Part shown: positions 1 to 7,343 of the stretch, one piece after another
Numbering within the stretch: position 1 is the first letter of the stretch
How the letters are laid out: each line of letters starts with the position of its first letter
DNA from: a virus
Virus record (IMG/VR): IMGVR_UViG_3300035670_000018
Location: 1-64,000 of that record
DNA length: 64,000 nucleotides
Reading direction: 5' to 3' (one strand)
Translations under genes and position numbers: made by a program
The notes under the pieces: generated by a model
Databases searched by the model: none
What the model was told of the DNA's origin: nothing
Seen by the model: the letters and a program-made list of their open reading frames with translations, nothing else

Positions 1-13
1 CTACGGAGTGAGT

Positions 14-154
14 ATGAGTTACAGTAAAGAGTGTTTAGATTACATAAAAGAATGTTTAGTCAAAGAAGATCGTAAGCCTATTGGCATGTATGGAACGTGG
101 GCATATTATGCTGCAAAGAAAAAAGAGTACGAGAAAAACAAATGCCAAGATTAG
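14..154 (+). CDS. Small hypothetical protein (46 aa, MSYSKECLDYIKECLVKEDRKPIGMYGTWAYYAAKKKEYEKNKCQD)
   Basis: Read manually; GGAG RBS at 5-8, ATG at 14, TAG at 152-154 overlapping the start of the next gene. Confidence 0.55.
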   Translation: MSYSKECLDYIKECLVKEDRKPIGMYGTWAYYAAKKKEYEKNKCQD

Positions 155-573
155 TTCTCATTACAGGTGGATTTGATCCAGTACATTCAGGTCACATAGA
201 GTATATCAATGCGGCCAAGGAACTCGGAGACTACCTGTTTGTAGGACTGAACAGCGATGATTGGCTTACTCGCAAGAAGGGTAAGCCTTTCATGCCTTGG
301 ATGGAACGACATATGATACTATCAAACCTAAGGAGCGTGGACGATGTATTTGCTTTCGATGACTCTGATAACACTGCTATTGACGCTATCCGTCGTATTC
401 GTGAAGAGAACCCAGACCAAACGATTATCTTTGCAAACGGTGGCGATAGAACTCAAGAAAATATTCCCGAGATGAGTTGTGGTGTTGATGATGTTGAGTT
501 TGTCTTTGGTATTGGTGGGCAAGACAAGAAGAATAGTTCTTCTTGGATTCTAAAAGCGTGGAACGAGAGATGA
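142..573 (+). CDS. Cytidylyltransferase-like protein (HIGH-family, TagD/RfaE-C-like)
   Basis: ITGGFDPVHSGH HxGH motif, GLNSDDWL.RKKG, FANGGDR, KNSSSWIL; ATG at 142 more plausible than GTG at 97. Confidence 0.9.
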   Translation: MPRLVLITGGFDPVHSGHIEYINAAKELGDYLFVGLNSDDWLTRKKGKPFMPWMERHMILSNLRSVDDVFAFDDSDNTAIDAIRRIREENPDQTIIFANGGDRTQENIPEMSCGVDDVEFVFGIGGQDKKNSSSWILKAWNER

Positions 574-899
574 AAACATTCAAAGAATATCTCAATGAGA
601 ATACGCTTGATGACGTTCATGCTTATGCCAAAGAAAAAGGTGTGCATTTAGACATTGATAAGTATCATCGCACAAATGCATATCATCTATCTTGGATAGA
701 TCGTGGTTCAGGTAACAAAGGTGCCGGTCGTGAAGTTATGAATAAACTGCACGATCACGCAGACAAAAATAAAAAAGAGATTCATCTTGTGGCACATGAA
801 TCTCATCCAAAGTTGATATCTTATTACAAAAAGATGGGATACAAATCACGTGGTGAAACAGATGATGGCACACTCATGGTAAGAAAGCCGAAAAAGTGA
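570..899 (+). CDS. GNAT-fold acetyltransferase-like protein with capsid-targeting-like leader MKTFKEYLNE
   Basis: GSGNKGAGREVM (motif A-like), LISYYKKMGY (motif B-like); ATGA overlap with the upstream gene. Confidence 0.6.
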   Translation: MKTFKEYLNENTLDDVHAYAKEKGVHLDIDKYHRTNAYHLSWIDRGSGNKGAGREVMNKLHDHADKNKKEIHLVAHESHPKLISYYKKMGYKSRGETDDGTLMVRKPKK

Positions 900-1567
900 A
901 AAAGTTTAAGTATGTTGATGGTCTGCCAACGCTTCATTCACTTGATACAGACGAAAGCACAGGCGAGAGATTCTATATCACACCTAATGGCGTGAAGCTG
1001 CCTTCCGTTACAACTGTTCTTGGTCATTTCAAGAAGAAGTCTCTCATTGAATGGCGCAATCGGATTGGAAATGAAGAAGCAGATAAGGTAATGTATCGTG
1101 CTTCCAATCGTGGCACAAGATTCCACAACATGATGGAAGGTTATCTCCGCAATGAGGATGACTTTCTCAATGGTGTAATGCCTGATATGAGACAAGCTTT
1201 CAACGATATGAAAGAAACGCTTGACTTGATTGACAATATACGCTATATTGAAAGTCCTCTCTTCAGTGAGAAGCTTGGTGTTGCAGGAAGAACAGATGTT
1301 ATCGCAGAGTTTGCTGGCTTACCTTCCATCATAGACTTCAAGACTTCCACCAAAGAGAAGAAAGAACACTGGATTGATAACTACTTTGAGCAGGGCACAG
1401 CCTATGCTCTAATGTATGAAGAACTTGTAAAAGAGCCGATAAACCAGATTGTCATTCTCATATCGGTTGACTTTATGGAACATCCACAGGTTTTCATTCG
1501 TGATAAGAATCAGTATGTTCAAAACTTGTTGGAAAAAATTCACTTATACAAACAGGAAAAACTCTAA
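896..1567 (+). CDS. PD-(D/E)xK exonuclease of T4-like phages
   Basis: PSVTTVL, RGTRFH, E.PL, AGRTD, IIDFKTS, YFEQ..AYA motifs. Confidence 0.85.
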   Translation: MKKFKYVDGLPTLHSLDTDESTGERFYITPNGVKLPSVTTVLGHFKKKSLIEWRNRIGNEEADKVMYRASNRGTRFHNMMEGYLRNEDDFLNGVMPDMRQAFNDMKETLDLIDNIRYIESPLFSEKLGVAGRTDVIAEFAGLPSIIDFKTSTKEKKEHWIDNYFEQGTAYALMYEELVKEPINQIVILISVDFMEHPQVFIRDKNQYVQNLLEKIHLYKQEKL

Positions 1568-1779
1568 TGTGGCTAGATACATGGATGATTGTTCTACTCA
1601 TTCTTTCTTTTGGTGCGTGTGCCTATGTTAGTGGCCGTAGAGGATTTGCAGCAGGTGGTGAGTTTGCATTACAGTTGCTTGTAGAAAAGAGAATGATCAA
1701 GATTACAGACGAAGGTGAGATCCTTCGTTGGACTCCATATGATGATAAGCCAAAGAGGGCTACAAGAAAGCGAAAGTGA
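1567..1779 (+). CDS. Small hypothetical membrane protein
   Basis: N-terminal hydrophobic segment, basic C-terminus, TAATG coupling to the upstream gene. Confidence 0.65.
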   Translation: MWLDTWMIVLLILSFGACAYVSGRRGFAAGGEFALQLLVEKRMIKITDEGEILRWTPYDDKPKRATRKRK

Positions 1780-1780
1780 A

Positions 1781-2452
1781 ATGAAACGTTATGTGATTGG
1801 TGATGTGCATGGTTGCTATGATGAACTTCATGAATTGATGAATAGAATTCATGATCATGCTAATGGTGAAAAGATCAAAGTGATTTTTGTCGGCGACTAT
1901 GTTGATCGTGGTCCTGATTCAAAGAAGGTTGTTGATTTGATCATGTATCTAACTTCAATGCATGATCATGTTGCACTGATGGGCAATCATGAAGATATGT
2001 TGCTTGACGGCGATTTCACTTATGCTGAGGCTACGCTTCGCAGTTTCAACAGCAAGCTTACCCCACTTATGGAACTGCCTGATTATGTGACTGATTGGAT
2101 GCGAACTCTGCCGAAGTATTATGAAGATGATACAATCATCGTTGCTCATGCTGGTGCAAACCCTGCATGGCCAATGGATCAGCAGACAGATCAAATGCTT
2201 TTGTGGATGCGATATGAAGAATATCATCACGCACAGTTGCCAAAGCATTTCTATCACGGTCATACACCACGATTGGGCAAGATTGAACAAATAGATGATC
2301 GCACAAACGTTGATACTGCTTGTGTATATGGCGGGCATTTGACTGCTGCGATTGTAGGAGATGATGGCAAGCCTGAAGGTTTCATTCAGGTGCCACAAAA
2401 GGGTGGTGTATATGATATGAGTGATGCTCAATCGAAAGGTTGGGAAGTCTAG
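1781..2452 (+). CDS. Calcineurin-like metallophosphoesterase (PPP Ser/Thr phosphatase family, lambda NinI/PrpA-like)
   Basis: GDVHG, GDYVDRG, GNHE, HAG, HGHTP, NVDTACVYGG motifs. Confidence 0.92.
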   Translation: MKRYVIGDVHGCYDELHELMNRIHDHANGEKIKVIFVGDYVDRGPDSKKVVDLIMYLTSMHDHVALMGNHEDMLLDGDFTYAEATLRSFNSKLTPLMELPDYVTDWMRTLPKYYEDDTIIVAHAGANPAWPMDQQTDQMLLWMRYEEYHHAQLPKHFYHGHTPRLGKIEQIDDRTNVDTACVYGGHLTAAIVGDDGKPEGFIQVPQKGGVYDMSDAQSKGWEV

Positions 2453-2466
2453 TATCATATATACTA

Positions 2467-2815
2467 TGTTATCGGTGAAGGAAAACGAAAAACGAACTGG
2501 ACTGGGGTTCAAATCCCCACACCTCCACCAAAGACACTAGCAAGTGGCCATTGAGTGTTATGGGTAACACTCTTGAATAAAAAACCCAAGTCAAGCCGAG
2601 GGCGTAATGCGGCGACATATAAAAAAGGCTAGTGTCTCTGATGGGGGTGTTACTGGGAATCGACAGGCGTGGAATAGTGGACTGGAGATAACCGTAGGCG
2701 ACTACGTACAAGCGCAAAACTCTAAATGCAAATGATAACAACATTGCATCTAAGGCTTACGCTCTAGCAGCGTAATACCTGTGGGTATGGCTCCACCTAG
2801 AAACAGAACGGGCCA
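2467..2815 (+). ncRNA. ssrA: Circularly permuted (two-piece) tmRNA gene; tag peptide ANDNNIASKAYALAA
   Basis: Acceptor piece first: T-arm TGGGG-TTCAAAT-CCCCA (2503-2519), CACCTCC-A-CCA ending 2530. Coding piece starts GGGGGTG at 2643 and gives a 7-bp acceptor stem with G3.U70. Tag ORF 2728-2775. Outer ends approximate. Confidence 0.93.
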
Positions 2816-2845
2816 CCTTAACACACATGACACAGGAGAAATATC

Positions 2846-3097
2846 ATGTCAAAGAACCCTTACGAAATCCGTCTAGAACTTCTTCATATTGCGCGAGATT
2901 TTATTATTGAGCAAAATATGAACGAACGCATCCGTCTTGAGAATGATTGGGGCCTTGAAAGAGAAAAGGCTTCCATTGCACTATCTCAAGGACAGGATGT
3001 AACGTTGCCTCCGTTTCCAAGCGTGCCTAATATGGACGCAGAAGCTATCATCAAGCTGGCTGAAAAGCTGAACGGGTTCGTATCCAAGAATGAATAG
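2846..3097 (+). CDS. Hypothetical phage protein (83 aa)
   Basis: Strong RBS CAGGAG; MSKNPYEIRLELL N-terminus resembles a small protein seen in T4-like phages; followed by a terminator. Confidence 0.75.
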   Translation: MSKNPYEIRLELLHIARDFIIEQNMNERIRLENDWGLEREKASIALSQGQDVTLPPFPSVPNMDAEAIIKLAEKLNGFVSKNE

Positions 3098-3103
3098 AAA
3101 ATC

Positions 3104-3133
3104 AGAGGGGAGTATTGAAACTCCCCTCTTTTT
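3104..3133 (+). terminator. Rho-independent terminator
   Basis: AGAGGGGAGT-ATTGAA-ACTCCCCTCT stem-loop followed by a T run. Confidence 0.8.
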
Positions 3134-3146
3134 AAGGAAGATAAAA

Positions 3147-4118
3147 ATGAAATTCTTATCTGTAAGTCTACTATCACTTCTGCTTCTTGGTTGCAATAAT
3201 ATCTCTACAGTGAACATTGCTCAACAGGGTGTTTCTGGAACAGTGTTAATCAACAGCCAAATTGATCTTACCACAGGAGCAACAGGAACAGGATTCTTCA
3301 TTGGTGATAATCAAATTCTTACGAATCATCATGTCGTATCAGGAAGAAGTGATATCTACATCTATTCAAGCAATAGCAACAGAAAGTATGCTGCAAAGAT
3401 AAAGCATACAGATCCTGTTTCTGATATTGCCATTTTAGAATTGATTGATTGGGAAGTATTCAAAAGAAACGAACTTCCTAAGAATATGGAATTTGATAAC
3501 AGTGACTCGGTTGGCGTTGGCAGTAAAGTTGTAGTTATTGGTCATCCTTCAGGTCTTGTCTGGAGTGTATCTGAAGGTATCATTTCTGGCGAAAATCGCA
3601 GAATTGGAATGAATCCTAAGTTCATGAATCAGGTAGATGCTAATCTTTTCCAAGGCAACTCTGGCGGTCCTGTATTTGGATCAAACGGAAAAGTTGTATG
3701 TGTAAGCACTATGATGCTGACAATTGAAGGCGGTTCTTATGGTTTTTGTATTCCTTCAAATCTTGTAAAGAAGGTTCTAAACGATTTTGAACTTTTTGGT
3801 AAAGTACGTTGGAGAGTGTTAAACATAACAGCAGGATTGACAGATGACGGATCTTCTGTTATAGTACAATCATTAGAGCCTGATGGTGCGGCATACAAAG
3901 CAGGAATTAAAGAGGGTGATAAGATACTGGAAATATACACACCAAAAAATCATCCTGGTGGTATCACGGTAAAAAACATGGACACTTTAGTTACTGAACT
4001 TGCTCTACTGAACGGCGATGATATTGATGTTAAGCTAATGATTGATAGGAATGGTAGCAAGATGCTGATTGATGTTACAACAAACTATAAACTCTCTTCT
4101 GATTATACGGCGGATTAA
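3147..4118 (+). CDS. HtrA/DegP-like trypsin serine protease with one PDZ domain, predicted lipoprotein
   Basis: GTGFF, TNHHV (His), SDIA (Asp), GNSGGP (Ser); PDZ-like GAAYKAGIKEGDKI; signal peptide MKFLSVSLLSLLLLGC with lipobox. Confidence 0.9.
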   Translation: MKFLSVSLLSLLLLGCNNISTVNIAQQGVSGTVLINSQIDLTTGATGTGFFIGDNQILTNHHVVSGRSDIYIYSSNSNRKYAAKIKHTDPVSDIAILELIDWEVFKRNELPKNMEFDNSDSVGVGSKVVVIGHPSGLVWSVSEGIISGENRRIGMNPKFMNQVDANLFQGNSGGPVFGSNGKVVCVSTMMLTIEGGSYGFCIPSNLVKKVLNDFELFGKVRWRVLNITAGLTDDGSSVIVQSLEPDGAAYKAGIKEGDKILEIYTPKNHPGGITVKNMDTLVTELALLNGDDIDVKLMIDRNGSKMLIDVTTNYKLSSDYTAD

Positions 4119-4120
4119 TC

Positions 4121-4348
4121 ATGCCTACAAAAGAAGAGATTACAACGTTCTCTCTGAAGATTGAAACATTAGTCTCAGAGAAGAACATTCCATATATGGA
4201 CGCAATCGTCATGCATTGTGAAAGCACAGGTCTTGAAATTGAACTTGCTGCAAAGCTTATTTCAGGCGCATTAAAATCTAAAATTCAAATTGAAGCTGAA
4301 GAACTTAACTTCTTACCAAAGTCAAACACAACAAAACTACCTTTTTGA
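4121..4348 (+). CDS. 33: Late transcription co-activator gp33
   Basis: FS..IE......YMDAIV..CE..G.E.E.AAKLIS..LKSKI..EAE.LNFL pattern; position near gp59/gp32. Confidence 0.85.
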   Translation: MPTKEEITTFSLKIETLVSEKNIPYMDAIVMHCESTGLEIELAAKLISGALKSKIQIEAEELNFLPKSNTTKLPF

Positions 4349-4350
4349 GC

Positions 4351-5061
4351 ATGATATACAATCTGAGTCCTCTTTACAATTTGTCTGTTCCTAATATTGA
4401 TACGTGGAACGAACGATTCTCACAATTCTTTAGTAATGAGGAATATGATCCTGTATTGCAAGACTGGTATTACAATAAACTCATTGACAATATGAGTGAG
4501 GTTGAAACACTATTGAATGCAGGATATTTCGTTGATCCTTACACTGGGTTGTTCTCAATACCATCACCATATATTGAGGCTACACACTCATTCAATCTTG
4601 CACACTTTATTGGTAAGCATCCACAACACTTCTTTGGTAAGAATATTCTGACTGTGTGTGCTGACTTTGGTATTCTGAATATACAGGCTAAAATGTCCGG
4701 GCTTAACATTGTCAGTTCTGTACAGAAAGAATATTACAATGTAGGAACAGTTCTGACTTGTATAGGTAACAACTCTCCTCCATATCCTATCAATGTCTTT
4801 GACTTTCCTGAAGAAGATGTTGTGTTTATGTCTTGTGTTTTTCAAGAAGATGACCTTGCATACAAGAATTGGGAAATGATGATAGACATGAGAATATCCG
4901 GAAAAGAGGTGTTCTTCACTTCCAATTCATATTTCTATCTTCGCAGATATATGAACTATGATAGAATAGAACTTGTAATTGATCCAAGAACAGTGTATAA
5001 TGAAGAAGATTATGCAGACATAGCATATGGATACATGAACAGAATCTACAGGATGAAGTAA
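4351..5061 (+). CDS. Divergent class I SAM-methyltransferase-like protein (Methyltransf_16/METTL20-like, degenerate motif I)
   Basis: LAHFIGKHPQHFFGKNILTVCADFGIL aligns by eye with LARYILDHPE.VRGK.VLDF.SGSGL; DVVFMSCVFQE resembles DVVLAGDIFYE. Confidence 0.45.
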   Translation: MIYNLSPLYNLSVPNIDTWNERFSQFFSNEEYDPVLQDWYYNKLIDNMSEVETLLNAGYFVDPYTGLFSIPSPYIEATHSFNLAHFIGKHPQHFFGKNILTVCADFGILNIQAKMSGLNIVSSVQKEYYNVGTVLTCIGNNSPPYPINVFDFPEEDVVFMSCVFQEDDLAYKNWEMMIDMRISGKEVFFTSNSYFYLRRYMNYDRIELVIDPRTVYNEEDYADIAYGYMNRIYRMK

Positions 5062-5717
5062 TGGACATTAATGATGTTTTTAAGTCTTCTGAGAGGGACA
5101 AGATCCTGCATATGAAGAGCATGGCCAAGTCATATATCGGTATGATATTTGATTATGATATTGATGATTTTAGTCATTATCTTGTTGTGTCTGGTGGCGC
5201 TTTCCCTGATTGGTTTCACGGTAAAGATCCAAAAGACATTGATGTTTTCGTGCTGCATGATGACACAGCAAAGAACAAGCTCCGTTCATATCTTGGCGGC
5301 AGGGGCTTTGTACTTAAGAGTATAGACTATCTAAAGCAGACAAATCCTGGTGCTACTCATGTCCAAGAGATTTGGGAAGGTACTTCTCATCCCAACGGCA
5401 GAAAGTATCAATTCATCTTTACTGATTATTGGTCGCGTGAAGAACTAATCAAGGGCTTTGATTACAAGCATTGTATGGTGTCATATGATGTGGGCAAGAA
5501 TCAGATTTACACCACTCGTCAAATCTATGATGCCATTGCTAACAAGCACCTCATTGTGAACAATCAGAACAGAGTTGCTGAATGGCGCCGCACAAAGTTC
5601 TTGGATCGCGGCTATACTGTGCCTGTAAGAGAAGTGGTTGCTTCTACAACTATGCAAGAATTATATGAAAAACATCGTGATCGTCTTATGAAGGAACTAA
5701 AAGTGAATGGACAATGA
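5061..5717 (+). CDS. Nucleotidyltransferase (class II CCA-adding/polyA-polymerase head-like)
   Basis: VVSGGAFPDWFHGKDPKDIDVF (GG...DxD) and FDY..C motif. Confidence 0.7.
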   Translation: MDINDVFKSSERDKILHMKSMAKSYIGMIFDYDIDDFSHYLVVSGGAFPDWFHGKDPKDIDVFVLHDDTAKNKLRSYLGGRGFVLKSIDYLKQTNPGATHVQEIWEGTSHPNGRKYQFIFTDYWSREELIKGFDYKHCMVSYDVGKNQIYTTRQIYDAIANKHLIVNNQNRVAEWRRTKFLDRGYTVPVREVVASTTMQELYEKHRDRLMKELKVNGQ

Positions 5718-6313
5718 AGCTTACAGGATACGAAACGTACTGTACCTATCTTGCACTGAAGCAGCACTTTACCAAAGAGAATTATGACTACTTTCGTTAC
5801 AATGGTAAGGTGCATGTCAGCAAGGAATCATTCCTGAACCGCAGAGATAGGTTTCAGTTTGAGAAGCTGGCCAGAAAGTGTGATGATGTAAAGTCACACA
5901 TGATAGCTTGCTTCATGTGTGATAAGACATGGATTGGCGATATGTTAGATCATGATGCCTTTGAGTTTGCAAAGGGTAAAGCGAAGAACCGTCAGTCCAT
6001 GTCTTACATTTTCAAGAATGAAATTGGACAATACGATGATCTCAGACAACTCTTCAAGAAAGAAGATGGAAGACCTGATGGTTATCCAATGATATTAAAT
6101 GAATACATGCGAGGCGATGTGACACTGGAAACAGTGATCATTCTAGATCACTTCGTTGGGTTCATTAACAAGTTTGATGCTAAACTCAAGAACGACTTTC
6201 TGTGGTCTAAGTTTAGCTTCAAAGCACGGAAGTACGCGCCGTTCCTGCTCCAAGACTTAGACAAAAAAAAGTTTGCTAAGATACTAAAAGAGCATGCCAA
6301 AGCATATATATAG
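5714..6313 (+). CDS. 59: Helicase loader gp59
   Basis: YLALKQHFT...YDYFRYNGK, RRDRFQFEKLA, LETVIILD; upstream of gp32. Confidence 0.9.
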   Translation: MKLTGYETYCTYLALKQHFTKENYDYFRYNGKVHVSKESFLNRRDRFQFEKLARKCDDVKSHMIACFMCDKTWIGDMLDHDAFEFAKGKAKNRQSMSYIFKNEIGQYDDLRQLFKKEDGRPDGYPMILNEYMRGDVTLETVIILDHFVGFINKFDAKLKNDFLWSKFSFKARKYAPFLLQDLDKKKFAKILKEHAKAYI

Positions 6314-6342
6314 TTGACAGGGCGAGATTGTCCTGCTATTAT
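6314..6342 (+). promoter_or_regulatory. Sigma70-type promoter for gp32
   Basis: TTGACA-17 nt-TATTAT. Confidence 0.75.
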
Positions 6343-6388
6343 ATACAAATTATACGCTGACATACAACGACATATAGGAGAACATACA

Positions 6389-7306
6389 ATGTCAAACTTT
6401 GCATCCCTCAAGAAGTCCTCAACCGATATTTCCCGCCTTACTAAGGAAATTGAAAAGATCAACGCACCGCAAGGTAATAACGACCGCGAAGAAGATACTC
6501 GCTTCTGGAAGCTGGATCGTGACAAGGCTGGCAATGGCATGGCTGTCATTCGCTTCCTTCCTGCGCCTGCTGTTGATGGTGATGATGCACTTCCTTGGGT
6601 ACGTTACTTCGATCACGGCTTCAAGGGTCCGACTGGTAAGTGGTATATTGAGAACTCACTTACTTCTATCGGCCAGAAGGATCCTGTAGGCGAATATAAC
6701 TCTTCTCTTTGGAATGCTACATCCGACGAGAACTCTTGGCAGCGCAAGCAGGCCCGTGAACAGAAGCGCCGTCTTCACTACGTTACCAACATCTATGTCG
6801 TAAAGGATCCTTCAAATCCTGCAAACGAAGGTAAGGTGTTTCTTTATAAGTTCGGTAAGAAGATTTTTGATAAGCTTACCGCAGCCATGAACCCTGAGTA
6901 TGAGGGTGATACTCCAATGAACCCGTTTGATCTTTGGAACGGTGCTAACTTCAAGCTTCGCTCACGCATGGTTGCTGGCTATGTCAATTACGACACTTCG
7001 TCGTTTGACAATGCTTCGCCTCTTCTTGATGATGATGCAAAGCTTGAGCAGATTTGGAAGTCTGAATACTCACTCAAGGAGTTTCTGGATCCCAAGAACT
7101 ATAAGACTTATGATGAGTTGAAGAAGCGCCTTGATGAGGTGCTTGGTGGTTCAGCGACTGGTGCAGTAAACGACCAGATCACTGATTCAGTGACTCAGAA
7201 GCCTTCGTTTGAAGCTTCAAAGCCGCGCAAGTCTGTTGAAGATACTGCGCCGTTTGATACAGACGATGAGGACTTGGACTATTTCAAGTCCCTTGCTGAT
7301 CAATAA
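6389..7306 (+). CDS. 32: Single-stranded DNA-binding protein gp32
   Basis: FWK...DKAGNGMAVIRFLPAP, HGFKGPTGKWYIENSLT, FGKKIFDK, acidic tail DLDYFKSLA; RBS AGGAG before ATG 6389. Confidence 0.96.
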   Translation: MSNFASLKKSSTDISRLTKEIEKINAPQGNNDREEDTRFWKLDRDKAGNGMAVIRFLPAPAVDGDDALPWVRYFDHGFKGPTGKWYIENSLTSIGQKDPVGEYNSSLWNATSDENSWQRKQAREQKRRLHYVTNIYVVKDPSNPANEGKVFLYKFGKKIFDKLTAAMNPEYEGDTPMNPFDLWNGANFKLRSRMVAGYVNYDTSSFDNASPLLDDDAKLEQIWKSEYSLKEFLDPKNYKTYDELKKRLDEVLGGSATGAVNDQITDSVTQKPSFEASKPRKSVEDTAPFDTDDEDLDYFKSLADQ

Positions 7307-7310
7307 AGAT

Positions 7311-7343
7311 GAGAGGGAGAGTTTCGGCTCTCCCTTTTCTTTT
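7311..7343. terminator. Terminator between convergent gp32 and the minus-strand block
   Basis: AGGGAGAG-T-TTCG-G-CTCTCCCT hairpin followed by TTTCTTT. Confidence 0.85.

Noticed and set aside
896-1567. Cas4/CRISPR-associated nuclease
   Set aside because: Lacks the Fe-S cysteine cluster and CRISPR context; ordinary T4-like PD-(D/E)xK exonuclease
1955-2512. 185-aa minus-strand ORF (likewise 58662-59282 and 6148-6549)
   Set aside because: Antisense overlap with well-supported + strand genes; no recognisable motifs
2499-2530. Apparent stand-alone tRNA (T-arm + CCA)
   Set aside because: No upstream D/anticodon arms; its acceptor partner lies downstream at 2643, so it is the acceptor piece of the permuted tmRNA
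2469-2744. 91-aa minus-strand ORF
   Set aside because: Antisense to the tmRNA gene; no RBS or protein-like features
4335-4353. Programmed frameshift fusing gp33 to the downstream ORF at CCTTTTTGA
   Set aside because: No canonical slippery heptamer or stimulatory structure; a downstream ATG at 4351 explains the next gene
97-6388. Upstream start extensions given by the ORF track (97, 543, 1715, 3090, 6314)
   Set aside because: They overlap neighbouring genes, a terminator or a promoter; downstream ATGs at 142, 570, 1781, 3147 and 6389 fit RBS or gene coupling better
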